A stretch of DNA of 64,000 nucleotides from an uncultured virus (IMG/VR IMGVR_UViG_3300008116_000198) (taxonomy: Duplodnaviria > Heunggongvirae > Uroviricota > Caudoviricetes). The DNA is taken from IMG/VR virus record IMGVR_UViG_3300008116_000198. One strand, given 5' to 3'. A model generated the notes under the pieces. That model worked only from the letters and a program-made list of their open reading frames with translations. It was not told where the DNA came from and ran no database searches. Made by a program: the position numbers and the translations under genes. Below are positions 29,712-39,868 of the stretch, piece by piece. Position 1 is the stretch's first letter; each line of letters begins with the position of its first letter.

Positions 29712-30008
29712 ATGCCAGAACTACCATCCACTCAAAGAACATCATTAACAACAGATCTAAAGGCCAGATATGAACAGTCTGGAAAAAATTTGGCCAATGT
29801 TGGCGGCGGCAGTGCCAAAGATGCTGGAAAATTGGCTACAAACTTGATCGATAATACCGCAGTTGGACAAGGAAGAGAATGGGCACAAAAGCAATTTGGT
29901 TTAAAAGCTTCTACTGGCGTGACCAGTTTCACACAAAATGGTCTGCAATATTCGACCAATGTCTTGAAGGTAAATACCTCAAAATACGCTCCAAGCGGTC
30001 GTCTGTAA
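29712..30008 (+). CDS. hypothetical protein
   Basis: Strong SD (AGGAG) and promoter motif. Confidence 0.75.
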   Translation: MPELPSTQRTSLTTDLKARYEQSGKNLANVGGGSAKDAGKLATNLIDNTAVGQGREWAQKQFGLKASTGVTSFTQNGLQYSTNVLKVNTSKYAPSGRL

Positions 30009-30028
30009 GTTAATTTATAAATGGTTAT

Positions 30029-30453
30029 ATGAAAGTACTTGGACTTGACTTGTCCACAACTACTTGTGGTTGGGCCATAACAGAAAACAAAATTATATTG
30101 GCCGCTGGCTTTGTTGATATATCCGACGTTGAGAAATATGACACAAAAGCTGATCTTATTATTAAAGCCCTAATTGGTCATACATTTGATAAAATAATGA
30201 TAGAAGAAAGTTTGTTTGTTATATACTTGAAAACTATTACAAAGTGGGTGTAGAGTCTATTCATGCTCAAACTGCTCGTAAAAAGGCTTTGGGAGCAGCC
30301 AGAATCAAGGGCGTAAAGCCCAAGGTATTTGTAAAAGAATCTATTGAGCGAATGTATGATATGACTCCTTGGATTATAAAAAATACCAAAGGAAATCCAG
30401 ACAAGCGAATGGAAGATATGTATGATGCTATCGTGCTTTCTCTGGCTGGTTGA
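30029..30453 (+). pseudogene. RuvC-like Holliday junction resolvase, frameshifted near 30215
   Basis: VLGLDLSTTTCGW and IMIEE in one frame; CYILENYYKVGVESIH...EDMYDAIV in another. Confidence 0.75.
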
Positions 30454-30489
30454 TATTTATTATTATAACTTTTAACAAAAAATACTATT

Positions 30490-30972
30490 ATGAAAAGAAG
30501 TGAACTAAAACAATTGATTAGAGAAACGATTGAAGAAATTTCAGCAGATACAGCCAGACGAGCGGCTGATAAGGCAAAGGAGTTGGGAAGATATCAACAA
30601 GCGGGCAGATTACAACTAACTGCTCAAAAAAAGGATGTGGCGGCGTTTGGTGGAGATGTAAAAATAGAAAAGATTAAAATCGGAGAAACCGGTATACTTT
30701 CCAGTGCAGAAATGCTAAAATTGGGTAAAACTAAAGATGGTAAACCCGGTATTTCTATCCGAGTAAAAGAACCCAACCCAGTAGCACACTATTATAAAGA
30801 AAGCGCCCCCTTCACCTACAAAATATATAATCTGGTAGACAACGATCCACATATAACCACCGAGGATAAAACTAAAGTGAAAGTTGGTCGCCAAGATAGA
30901 ATGAAGTTGATAAAAGCATTCAAATCTATGGGCGTTGATATTAATCCCAATAAAATAAACATAATCGATTGA
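30490..30972 (+). CDS. hypothetical protein with a MKRSELKQLIRETIEE leader (putative internal head protein)
   Basis: Preceded by TATTTATT at 30454; leader nearly identical to that of 55402. Confidence 0.75.
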   Translation: MKRSELKQLIRETIEEISADTARRAADKAKELGRYQQAGRLQLTAQKKDVAAFGGDVKIEKIKIGETGILSSAEMLKLGKTKDGKPGISIRVKEPNPVAHYYKESAPFTYKIYNLVDNDPHITTEDKTKVKVGRQDRMKLIKAFKSMGVDINPNKINIID

Positions 30973-30995
30973 TTTTTATCTGATAAAATTATTGC

Positions 30996-31024
30996 AAAAC
31001 CCGCCAAATACGGCGGGTTTTTTG
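30996..31024 (+). terminator. intrinsic terminator
   Basis: AAAACCCGCC-AAATAC-GGCGGGTTTT followed by T's. Confidence 0.85.
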
Positions 31025-31025
31025 T

Positions 31026-31053
31026 TTGACTGATTTGCTATTTTCTGTATAGT
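31026..31053 (+). promoter_or_regulatory. sigma70-like early/middle promoter for the primase-Mre11/Rad50 operon
   Basis: TTGACT-N16-TATAGT. Confidence 0.5.
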
Positions 31054-31063
31054 GATGCGGTAA

Positions 31064-31886
31064 ATGTCATCACTAAAAGTATCAGAACTTACAAGTCTAT
31101 TGAACAAATCGTTCAAGGAAACGGGTAGACTGCGTAAGGGCAACAACTTACAATATCATTGTCCATTTTGCCATCATCACAAAATGAAGATGGAGGTATG
31201 TTTGGATGAACCAAATCAATGGCACTGTTGGGTATGTACAGGAAAGCGCCGAAAGCTCGGAAATGTTGAGTCTTATGCCAGAGTTCAAAAGTCTTGCTGA
31301 AAATGATGGTAGTAGAGAACACGCCATTGCTTTGAACTATGCTAAAAAGCGCAAGATTACGATGTGTGATATTATCAAATACAATATTGGATATTGCGCC
31401 AAGGGACCATTCTCAAACAGGCTTGTGTTTCCTTCATATGACAAGCATAACAATTTAAATTTTTACTCTTGTCGCAGCTATTATGATGATGGCTACAAAT
31501 ACAAGAACAGCGAATTCAGCAAAGATATTGTTGGGTTTGAAAACCTTGTAGACTTTGATTTTCCAATTTATCTCTGTGAAGGTGCATTGGATGCCATATC
31601 ATTGAAGCGTAATGCCATTCCACTCTTTGGCAAGTCAATGAGTAAGAAGCTAAAACAGGCAATCATACAAAGCAATTGTCCAGAAGTGAACATTGTATTG
31701 GACGATGACGCTTTGGAAGATTCAATTAAAATTGCAGAATATGTCCGCAGCATAGGAAAAGAGGCTAAGATTGTAAAATTGGAAGGTAAAGATCCCAATG
31801 TTCTTGGATTTGCCAAGACGATGGAACAAATCAAAAAAACAGATCTGCTTGACTTTTCGTCAATGATCAGATTAAAGTTGGAATAA
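31064..31886 (+). pseudogene. DNA primase (Zn ribbon + TOPRIM), frameshifted near 31236
   Basis: CPFCHHH...WHCWVC zinc ribbon in one frame; IGYC, RLVFPSYD, LCEGALDA and VLDDDA TOPRIM motifs in another. Confidence 0.8.
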
Positions 31887-31892
31887 TAATTT

Positions 31893-34800
31893 ATGGTAGA
31901 TACATACGAAACACTTGATATAGGCTTGGACAAAGTTGATTATGTTGTTCATGTCTCAGACATTCACATTCGCTTGACCAAACGCCATGAGGAATATCGT
32001 GAGGCATTTGCCAAACTATATAAGGAAATTGAAAATACACCAAAGAACACGGTTATCATAAACACGGGTGATACATTGCACAGCAAGGTTGATTTGTCAC
32101 CTGAAGCTGTTCAACTTACCAGTGAATTGTTTCATAATTTGGCAAATCTTCGTCCTACCATTGTTATTGCGGGAAATCATGACTGTCTTCTTACCAATGT
32201 TACACGTTTGGACAGCATTTCTCCTATCATTGATAATCTAAAACATAAAAATCTGTTTTATATCAAAGGTACAAAATTGTTTGGCGCGGGAAATCTTCTC
32301 ATCAACAACATGAGTGTGTTTGATGATCCTACCAAGTACATTCGAATGAAGAATGTGGTGAAGAAGATCAAGACAGCATTCGATACCAAGGTTGCGCTAT
32401 ATCATGGATCTGTGTTTAGCGCGATGACTGATGTTGGATATGAGGTTACTGACAAAACCGTATCAAACGAGTTGTTTGATGGTCATGACATAGCGATGCT
32501 TGGTGATATTCATATGGCGCAAAATTTACAGCAATATGATGCCTCTAATGAAAAACCTATCATACGATATGCGGGATCTTTCATTCAACAAAATCACGGT
32601 GAAGCATTAAGTGGCCACGGATTTTCATTATGGGATATTAAAAACAGAGCATATAAGCATATTGAAATACCAAATGATTATGGATATTTTACCATTGATA
32701 TTGACGATGGTAAGTTGATCACAGACATAAGCGGTTTGCCAAGTAAGCCAAAGATGCGTGTAAGATGCAAAGAAACGATTGCATCGGAAGTGAAAAAGGT
32801 GATAAATGAGATCAAAAAGAACCACGAAATCACTGATATCATTTATATGCGAGTGGAAAGTGATGACGCCACCAAGGTTGCAAAAAAGCAAGCATCTGCC
32901 AATCTCACACAGATTACAAATCTTGATTATCAGAACAAACTGATGTCGGAATGTCTTAAGGTCAAATATCCTGAAATCATGGACGATGAAACTCTTGAGA
33001 CTGTATACAAAATTAACAAGGATCTTAATTCATCATTGGACGATGACGATGTTTCAAAGAATATCAGATGGAAGCCAGTTAAGTTTGAATTCAGTAATAT
33101 GTTCAGTTATGGCGAGGACAATGTAGTTGATTTCACCAAGCTTGATGATGTATACGGATTGTTCGCGTCGAATGCCAGTGGTAAATCTTCCTTGATGGAT
33201 GCATTATGCTTTACAGTATTTGACAAGAGTGCCAGAGCATTCAAGGCAGTACATGTTCTTAATTCGCAAAAAATGAGTTTTAGCGGAAAATTCACTTTTG
33301 AAATCAATGATATGCAGTATGTCATTGAACGAAAAGGTTCACGTGACAAGAAAAATAATGTGAAAGTTGATGTAAACTTTTATAAGATTGAAAAGAATGA
33401 AAAGATAAGCTTGAACAGCGAAGCTCGCCGCAGTACCAATGAAATCATCAGAGATTATTTGGGAGATTATGATGATTTTGTTCTTACCACACTTGCTCTA
33501 CAGGGAAATCAAGGATCTTTCATTGATATGGGTCAAACAGAGCGCAAAGAACTTCTATCACAGTTCATTGGATTGAATGTGTTTGATAAGCTTGCTGCCA
33601 GTGCCAATGACAAGATCAAGGAACTTACTGGTGCCATCAAAACTTTCAACAAGGAAAACAATCAGTCAAAAATTGAAGGAATGAAAACTGAGGTTGGATT
33701 ATTGGAATCTAAACTAATTGATTTGAACGAGCAAAAGGAAAAGCACAGTGATGAATATGTGAAAATAAACGAGAAGATAAATACCGAGCAATCCAAACTT
33801 GTTAAGTTAGATAATGTTCCAACCAATGTTGCCACCTTGAAAAAAGAAAAGGAGACGTTGGAAATAAAAATCAAACAAGCAGTTGAAAGTGTTTCAAACA
33901 TAGACAAAGAAATTCAGACAAAGAAAAAAGAATATGATGAAATTATCAGTAAACTAAACGAATTTCCATCGGACTTGAAAGAAAAAGCAGATAAACATGC
34001 CAGTTTGAATAGAAACAAGCAGCGGATTGAGCAAGAGATGGAAAAACTGAAACTGGTTGTCAAGGAGAAGCTCAATAAACTTGATCATCTATCAAAGCAT
34101 GAGTATGATCCAAATTGCAAATACTGCTGTAATAATGCATTTGTCAAGGATGCTATGGCTGCAAAAAACAGTCTCAATGATGACAAAGAGGAAGCAAGAA
34201 AACTGTCAGTTTCATTGGCTGAAATAAAATCGCAGATAGAAGAACTTGAACAGTTTGTATCACAATATCAAAATAGTTCATCTCTGAAAGATCGTTCAAA
34301 TATTCTGTCGTCATTTATTTCCAAAAAGGAACTCGAAAAAGCAACACTAAGCAATTTATTGGACAAGAGTAAAAACAGATCAACTGAAATTGAAAACCAA
34401 ATTGAAATTTATGAACGCTCAAAAGAGATCATAGAAAACAATAAAGTTATTCTTTCTGTAATAACAGAATTAAAGTCAACTAGTAGCGATCTATCGTCCA
34501 AGCTCAAGAGCATTGAAAAGTCTCATGTTGATGCATACAGTCGAAAAGTATCAGTGTCTGATCAAATCAAAAACATCGAAGAGCAGATAAAGAAAATAGA
34601 AGATTATGAGAATGAAGTGGCCTCATATCAATATTACATTGCTGCGATTGGAAAGGACGGTGTACCATATCGCATCATATCAGACGCAATTCCAAAAATT
34701 GAACAAGAAGTAAACAATATATTGTCACACATTGTTGAATTCACTATGGAAATGGAAACAGATGGTAAGAATGTGAATGTGTATATCAAATATGATGATC

Positions 34801-35099
34801 GTAAATGGCCGCTTGAACTTTGTTCTGGTATGGAAAAGTTTGTGGCTGGTTTAGCACTTCGTGTTGCACTAATCAACATCAGTAATCTTCCAAGACCAAA
34901 TTTCCTTGTGGTAGATGAAGGATTTAGTGCATTGGATGCATCAAATATGCCAATGGTTCATGCATTGTTTGATTATTTGAAGACCAATTTTGACTTCATT
35001 GTTGTAATAAGTCATCTTGATGCCATGAGAGATATGGTCAATAAACAGCTTGAGATCAGGAAGGAAAACGGGTTCAGTAAGATAGATAACACGGTTTAA
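31893..35099 (+). CDS. fused Mre11/SbcD nuclease and Rad50/SbcC ATPase (gp47-gp46-like)
   Basis: SDIH, GD, GNHD and GDIH phosphoesterase motifs; NASGKSS Walker A, CKYC hook, CSGMEK signature, VVDEGF Walker B and ISH loop. Confidence 0.93.
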   Translation: MVDTYETLDIGLDKVDYVVHVSDIHIRLTKRHEEYREAFAKLYKEIENTPKNTVIINTGDTLHSKVDLSPEAVQLTSELFHNLANLRPTIVIAGNHDCLLTNVTRLDSISPIIDNLKHKNLFYIKGTKLFGAGNLLINNMSVFDDPTKYIRMKNVVKKIKTAFDTKVALYHGSVFSAMTDVGYEVTDKTVSNELFDGHDIAMLGDIHMAQNLQQYDASNEKPIIRYAGSFIQQNHGEALSGHGFSLWDIKNRAYKHIEIPNDYGYFTIDIDDGKLITDISGLPSKPKMRVRCKETIASEVKKVINEIKKNHEITDIIYMRVESDDATKVAKKQASANLTQITNLDYQNKLMSECLKVKYPEIMDDETLETVYKINKDLNSSLDDDDVSKNIRWKPVKFEFSNMFSYGEDNVVDFTKLDDVYGLFASNASGKSSLMDALCFTVFDKSARAFKAVHVLNSQKMSFSGKFTFEINDMQYVIERKGSRDKKNNVKVDVNFYKIEKNEKISLNSEARRSTNEIIRDYLGDYDDFVLTTLALQGNQGSFIDMGQTERKELLSQFIGLNVFDKLAASANDKIKELTGAIKTFNKENNQSKIEGMKTEVGLLESKLIDLNEQKEKHSDEYVKINEKINTEQSKLVKLDNVPTNVATLKKEKETLEIKIKQAVESVSNIDKEIQTKKKEYDEIISKLNEFPSDLKEKADKHASLNRNKQRIEQEMEKLKLVVKEKLNKLDHLSKHEYDPNCKYCCNNAFVKDAMAAKNSLNDDKEEARKLSVSLAEIKSQIEELEQFVSQYQNSSSLKDRSNILSSFISKKELEKATLSNLLDKSKNRSTEIENQIEIYERSKEIIENNKVILSVITELKSTSSDLSSKLKSIEKSHVDAYSRKVSVSDQIKNIEEQIKKIEDYENEVASYQYYIAAIGKDGVPYRIISDAIPKIEQEVNNILSHIVEFTMEMETDGKNVNVYIKYDDRKWPLELCSGMEKFVAGLALRVALINISNLPRPNFLVVDEGFSALDASNMPMVHALFDYLKTNFDFIVVISHLDAMRDMVNKQLEIRKENGFSKIDNTV

Positions 35100-35103
35100 G
35101 AGA

Positions 35104-35111
35104 TATTTATA
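35104..35111 (+). promoter_or_regulatory. TATTTATA putative late promoter
   Basis: Intergenic, upstream of ATG 35135. Confidence 0.55.
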
Positions 35112-35134
35112 ACCATAGGCGTATATATAAACCT

Positions 35135-37234
35135 ATGGAACAGATCACAAGCACAGACACCAACTCAAATTCCTACTTTCTTTTATCAAATTTCAATGAT
35201 ATACTAAAAGCGGGAAAGAATGCGTTTGTAGTAAATCCTACGCAGTTTATTGTACCAAACACCGAGATAAAAGTGTTTGCGTATGATAGTAACAACAATC
35301 CACTACCTTGTGGTAAAGTAAAACCGACAGACGCGAGATTTGCCGAACAAACCAACACCGGCGATCTTTATTATGTACTCGTTTCATCAACAATACCATC
35401 TGGTGTTGGTAGAATAGAAATAGTTGGAACAGGAATCGATGCCATAGATTATGTTGGTAAAATTGCATATTTCAACAATCAGGCATATGCAGTATCAAAC
35501 ACTCAAAGATTGCCGTTGACTCAAGCGCCCAATTCTTCTCCATTCAAAAAAGTGACAGTAAATTGGACTAGAAACTTGTTGATAGATACAACAAAAGCCG
35601 CTGATTGTGAAGTTAGGTTTTTTGATTCACCTTATGTGGAAATAACTCCACAGATATATTCTGCTCCATTGTTTCCAACGGATTCATACAGACTTGCATC
35701 AGGTTCATTTTCGTCCATTGCAATTGTTCCAAAACACAATGCAAATGGTGATTATGATTACCAATTTGATACTCCAATTTACCAACTATATTTGAATACA
35801 GGCACCAAGTTCAGTTCTTCGATGGAACATGAAGAAATAAGAATAAAGAGTCCAAGTGTTAAGAATTTCATTTATACCAACCAAACAAATAACCAAGTTA
35901 CATTTGAAGGTCAATTAAATACAGATTTCACGGCAACAATACGAAAAGTAATAAATGACACCACTCTATTATTGGATATACCATTCTCTACAGTTTCGGA
36001 TATTATTGAAAAATCAAACACCGATTCTGTTTACAACAAGAACAATTTGGTAAACATAAAAGGATATAATGCATCAGATGATGCAAATAGACAAACTGTT
36101 TATCATAAGAAAAATTTCTACATTTTAAGCATGGATAGCGGTGAGTTTGAAATTTTTCATAAAAATGTTCCCACAGAATTGCCTCGCGCCGTAATTGTCG
36201 GATCTACAACTAATAAAAAATCATTACTTAGCATAGATTGTAGTAATCTAAGATTGTTGTGTGGAAATTTGTCATCATACAAGATATATGGAAAAAGTTT
36301 AAATTCTCCGCAAAGTAAAACACTACTTTGTGATGGTAAAATAGAGCCTAGTAATTTGATATATTCAACCAATTTCGACAATGGGTTGTATGGCAACCCG
36401 AACAAATTTTACAACTCAATCCATCTGTCAAAATATTGGATATCGTCCAGTCTTAATATCACGTTTGAACAATCTCATACTACTTTGATAGATGGAGCAA
36501 CCATCAGCCACAGCGATAATCTATCACAAACAGACTATGTTATCTTCAAAGATAATACCACATCTGGGAGAACTTCTGCTTATATAAGTTATTCACTTGG
36601 ATCTAATTCATATTGGTATGCAAAATCTCCAGCGTTTGTTAATTTTTCTGTTTATCCAACCGCCTCATACTTGGGAATAACAAATATATCAACACTATCT
36701 GCATACGAAACCTCTCAAGAAAATTTAATATCCGGCTCGATACACGACAGCAATCCAATAAAACTTCAAGCCAACACATTGTATGAATTTTCCACATATG
36801 TAAAATCGGCGGCATCAAATACTGAAAATTCAATTTTGTATGTGTATTTCATGAGTGGAACCGACAAAATTAAAATTGCAGAAATAGATAGTACTTTTAA
36901 TTTTGGTGGTAATGAAAAATACAGATATACATTTTTCAGCGAAATTGAAAGGTATGGAACGATCATATTAGTTCCCGTTTCTGGAAATTGGACTGTTTCT
37001 GATTTGGGTATATATCCATATCAAAATTTAGATTACAGTCCAGATAGTTTTAATGTCAAAGTTCCTTTGGCTGTTTCGGTTGAAAATGAATTGTATGAAG
37101 TGGAAGTTGAGTTGTATGATGAATCATCAAGATTGGCTTATGGTAGAAATTCATATACATTCACATATAATAAAAAGTTTCTTCCACTAAAAAAACAAAT
37201 ATTTGTAGATCCAAGCGGCATAACTATAAATTGA
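35135..37234 (+). CDS. hypothetical protein, probably a virion protein
   Basis: 699 aa, beta-rich Ser/Thr/Asn composition, late-promoter motif upstream. Confidence 0.7.
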   Translation: MEQITSTDTNSNSYFLLSNFNDILKAGKNAFVVNPTQFIVPNTEIKVFAYDSNNNPLPCGKVKPTDARFAEQTNTGDLYYVLVSSTIPSGVGRIEIVGTGIDAIDYVGKIAYFNNQAYAVSNTQRLPLTQAPNSSPFKKVTVNWTRNLLIDTTKAADCEVRFFDSPYVEITPQIYSAPLFPTDSYRLASGSFSSIAIVPKHNANGDYDYQFDTPIYQLYLNTGTKFSSSMEHEEIRIKSPSVKNFIYTNQTNNQVTFEGQLNTDFTATIRKVINDTTLLLDIPFSTVSDIIEKSNTDSVYNKNNLVNIKGYNASDDANRQTVYHKKNFYILSMDSGEFEIFHKNVPTELPRAVIVGSTTNKKSLLSIDCSNLRLLCGNLSSYKIYGKSLNSPQSKTLLCDGKIEPSNLIYSTNFDNGLYGNPNKFYNSIHLSKYWISSSLNITFEQSHTTLIDGATISHSDNLSQTDYVIFKDNTTSGRTSAYISYSLGSNSYWYAKSPAFVNFSVYPTASYLGITNISTLSAYETSQENLISGSIHDSNPIKLQANTLYEFSTYVKSAASNTENSILYVYFMSGTDKIKIAEIDSTFNFGGNEKYRYTFFSEIERYGTIILVPVSGNWTVSDLGIYPYQNLDYSPDSFNVKVPLAVSVENELYEVEVELYDESSRLAYGRNSYTFTYNKKFLPLKKQIFVDPSGITIN

Positions 37235-37286
37235 AGAAGATATTATTTATTTGACAGATACACAAAATGTTATAACATAATCCGAT

Positions 37287-39215
37287 ATGAAAATAGTTTA
37301 TATTTCTCCACACCTTTCAACGGGCGGATGTCCACAGTTTCTATTGAAGAAAATTCAAATGTTACATATGGACCACGAGGTGCATTGTATCGAATATAAT
37401 GATCATGGGTGTTTTACTGTTCAAAAGAATCAGATCAAAGAAATTCTTGGTGATAGACTTTACAGAGTAAATGATCGCAAGGAGGAATTGCTGGAAATTA
37501 TTGATAGAGTTCAGCCAGATGTGGTTCATTTGGAAGAAATGCCAGAATATTTCATGGACAAGAGTATTGCGATGAAATTGTATAGCAAGGATCGAAAATA
37601 TAAACTCATTGAAACATCCCATGACAGCAGCTTTGATCCAAAAAACAAAGGATTTTTTCCAGATAGATTTATATTCGTCAGTAAGTTTCAGGAAGAAACC
37701 ATGAAAGTTTTGGGTATTCCAAGTGAAGTTTGTGAATATCCTATTGTTATTATTCCAAGAAAGCCGCGTGAAGAAGCACTGAAAGTATTGGGGCAAGATC
37801 CAAAGAAAAAACATGTAGTTCACGTTGGGTTATTTACTCCAAGAAAAAATCAGGCCGAGATCATTGATTATGCCAAGTCTCTGATCAATTATCCAATACA
37901 ATTTCACTTTGTAGGAAATCAAGCTGAAAATTTCAGATTCTATTGGGAACCGTTGATGAAAAATTTTCCAAAGAATTGCACTTGGTGGAATGAAAGAAAA
38001 GATGTTGGCAATTTTTACCAAATGGCAGATCTATTTCTATTTCCATCAAAGGATGGTATTGGAGACAAAGAGACAAGTCCATTGGTGATACGAGAAGCAA
38101 TATCATATAACATTCCCACACTTATATACAATTCTCCTGTTTATATGGGAATGTATGATAAGTTTGATGCTGTGGAATATTTGGATCAAAATAGCAAAGA
38201 TAACAACGCGAAGAAAATATTGGAAATGCTCAGTATTGATTTGAATGATATTGTTCCGATTGAAGCAGAAAAGGACGAAGATATCAAGATTGATTATGAT
38301 CGCGCAGACAATAAGATAAATGTCTCCAGTCGTATCCAAATTGAAAATGCCCTACTATCAATTAAAGAGTTGGATAGCAAGCAAGTATTATATGCAGCGC
38401 CATACAACCCATTACACAAAGATATCAAGTATTGGATTATTCCTGTGCCCAAGGGGTTCATGGATTTTGAAACAGATAAATACTTTGGTGGTATATTGGT
38501 TGAATTGTACAGCAATGATAAGCTCATATACACCAAGGAATTCAGAATCAAGTATCCAGATGTACTAAAACCTTCTGTGGTGTTAAAGAACAACACATCG
38601 CCTTCATACAGCAATTATATGGAATTTTTTGTACACAAGATATATGATCGTTATCTTGCCAACAAGAAATTTGACACCGTGGTTGATGTTGGTGCCAATA
38701 TCGGATTATGGTCCGAATATATCAGACGCTCGTCAACTTGCCAAAAGATATACGCGGTCGAGCCTAATATCCAAGCATTGGAGATATTGACCAACTCTTT
38801 TACAAACAATGAATTTATTATTGTGGACAAAGCTCTTACAGATAAAGATGGCGAGTTGGAATTCTTCGTAGACAACAACAATTCCACAATTGGCGCAACA
38901 ACAAAACAGGGAAGTCTTCAAAACTCATACAAAGTAAAAGCGGTGTCGTTCAAGACATTCCTAAAAGAGAATGACATCAAACATATTGACTTGTTCAAAA
39001 TGGATATTGAAGGTGGTGAATATTCATTCTTTGAAAGCATGCAGAGCGAAGATTTGAACAAGATTTCCAACCTTATGATTGAATTTCATCTTGGAAACGG
39101 AAGAACGATGGAAAAAGATGTCGCGATTCTTGAAGCACTTTTCAGAGGTGCTGGGTTCAAGAGCTTTATTTCAAAGGAACATGACTTGGGTGGATTTATC
39201 TTTGCAACCAAATGA
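37287..39215 (+). CDS. GT4 glycosyltransferase fused to an FkbM-type methyltransferase
   Basis: PHLSTGG, VGLFTPRKNQ and ETSPLVIREA; C-terminal VDVGANIG, AVEP and KMDIEGGE. Confidence 0.88.
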   Translation: MKIVYISPHLSTGGCPQFLLKKIQMLHMDHEVHCIEYNDHGCFTVQKNQIKEILGDRLYRVNDRKEELLEIIDRVQPDVVHLEEMPEYFMDKSIAMKLYSKDRKYKLIETSHDSSFDPKNKGFFPDRFIFVSKFQEETMKVLGIPSEVCEYPIVIIPRKPREEALKVLGQDPKKKHVVHVGLFTPRKNQAEIIDYAKSLINYPIQFHFVGNQAENFRFYWEPLMKNFPKNCTWWNERKDVGNFYQMADLFLFPSKDGIGDKETSPLVIREAISYNIPTLIYNSPVYMGMYDKFDAVEYLDQNSKDNNAKKILEMLSIDLNDIVPIEAEKDEDIKIDYDRADNKINVSSRIQIENALLSIKELDSKQVLYAAPYNPLHKDIKYWIIPVPKGFMDFETDKYFGGILVELYSNDKLIYTKEFRIKYPDVLKPSVVLKNNTSPSYSNYMEFFVHKIYDRYLANKKFDTVVDVGANIGLWSEYIRRSSTCQKIYAVEPNIQALEILTNSFTNNEFIIVDKALTDKDGELEFFVDNNNSTIGATTKQGSLQNSYKVKAVSFKTFLKENDIKHIDLFKMDIEGGEYSFFESMQSEDLNKISNLMIEFHLGNGRTMEKDVAILEALFRGAGFKSFISKEHDLGGFIFATK

Positions 39216-39218
39216 TGT

Positions 39219-39866
39219 ATGGAATGGTCTGAAATTACAACAACATACCTTTCTGGGCTTGTAGGTGGAATAGATGGTGTATTTCACGCGGGTGCTCATG
39301 ATGGTGAAGAAATAACCGAGTATGTCAAATGCGGCATAAATAACATTGTTTGGGTCGAAGCCAATTACAGAACACTCAATAAGCTGATAAACACCACATC
39401 AAAGTATGGAAGAAACCAATTTTGGTATTCACATTGCCTATCCGATGTTGATGATCAGATCAATGTGTTCAACATATCCAACAACGATGAAAGTTCTTCC
39501 ATGCTTGATTTTGGAAAAGATCATAAAGAGCTTATGTCTCATATCGTATATGTTAGCAAACAATATATGCTTACCAAGCGAATTGACACATTAGTCAAAG
39601 AACAAAAAGATTTTGATTGGAACAGCATCAATTATTTGGTAACAGATTGCCAAGGATGTGATTTGAAGGTGTTGAAAGGATGTGGAAATTTGCTTGCTTC
39701 TCCAAATTTGAAAATAATCAAAAGTGAAGTTGATGTGAAAGAAATGTATCGTGGTGGATCAACGGAAAAAGAAATTGGAAATCACTTATCTCAGTTTGGT
39801 TTTGAGCTTAGATTTTGGTTCAATGCAAATGGTGGTTGGGGCGAACGTTATTGGTTCAGAAATTAA
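39219..39866 (+). CDS. FkbM-family methyltransferase
   Basis: FHAGAHDGEE, WVEAN, SSSML and DCQGCDLKVLKG. Confidence 0.8.
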   Translation: MEWSEITTTYLSGLVGGIDGVFHAGAHDGEEITEYVKCGINNIVWVEANYRTLNKLINTTSKYGRNQFWYSHCLSDVDDQINVFNISNNDESSSMLDFGKDHKELMSHIVYVSKQYMLTKRIDTLVKEQKDFDWNSINYLVTDCQGCDLKVLKGCGNLLASPNLKIIKSEVDVKEMYRGGSTEKEIGNHLSQFGFELRFWFNANGGWGERYWFRN

Positions 39867-39868
39867 TT

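Noticed and set aside
30205..31245. Programmed ribosomal frameshifts in the resolvase and primase
   Set aside because: No X-XXY-YYZ slippery site or stimulatory structure, and coding sequence appears to be missing rather than merely shifted
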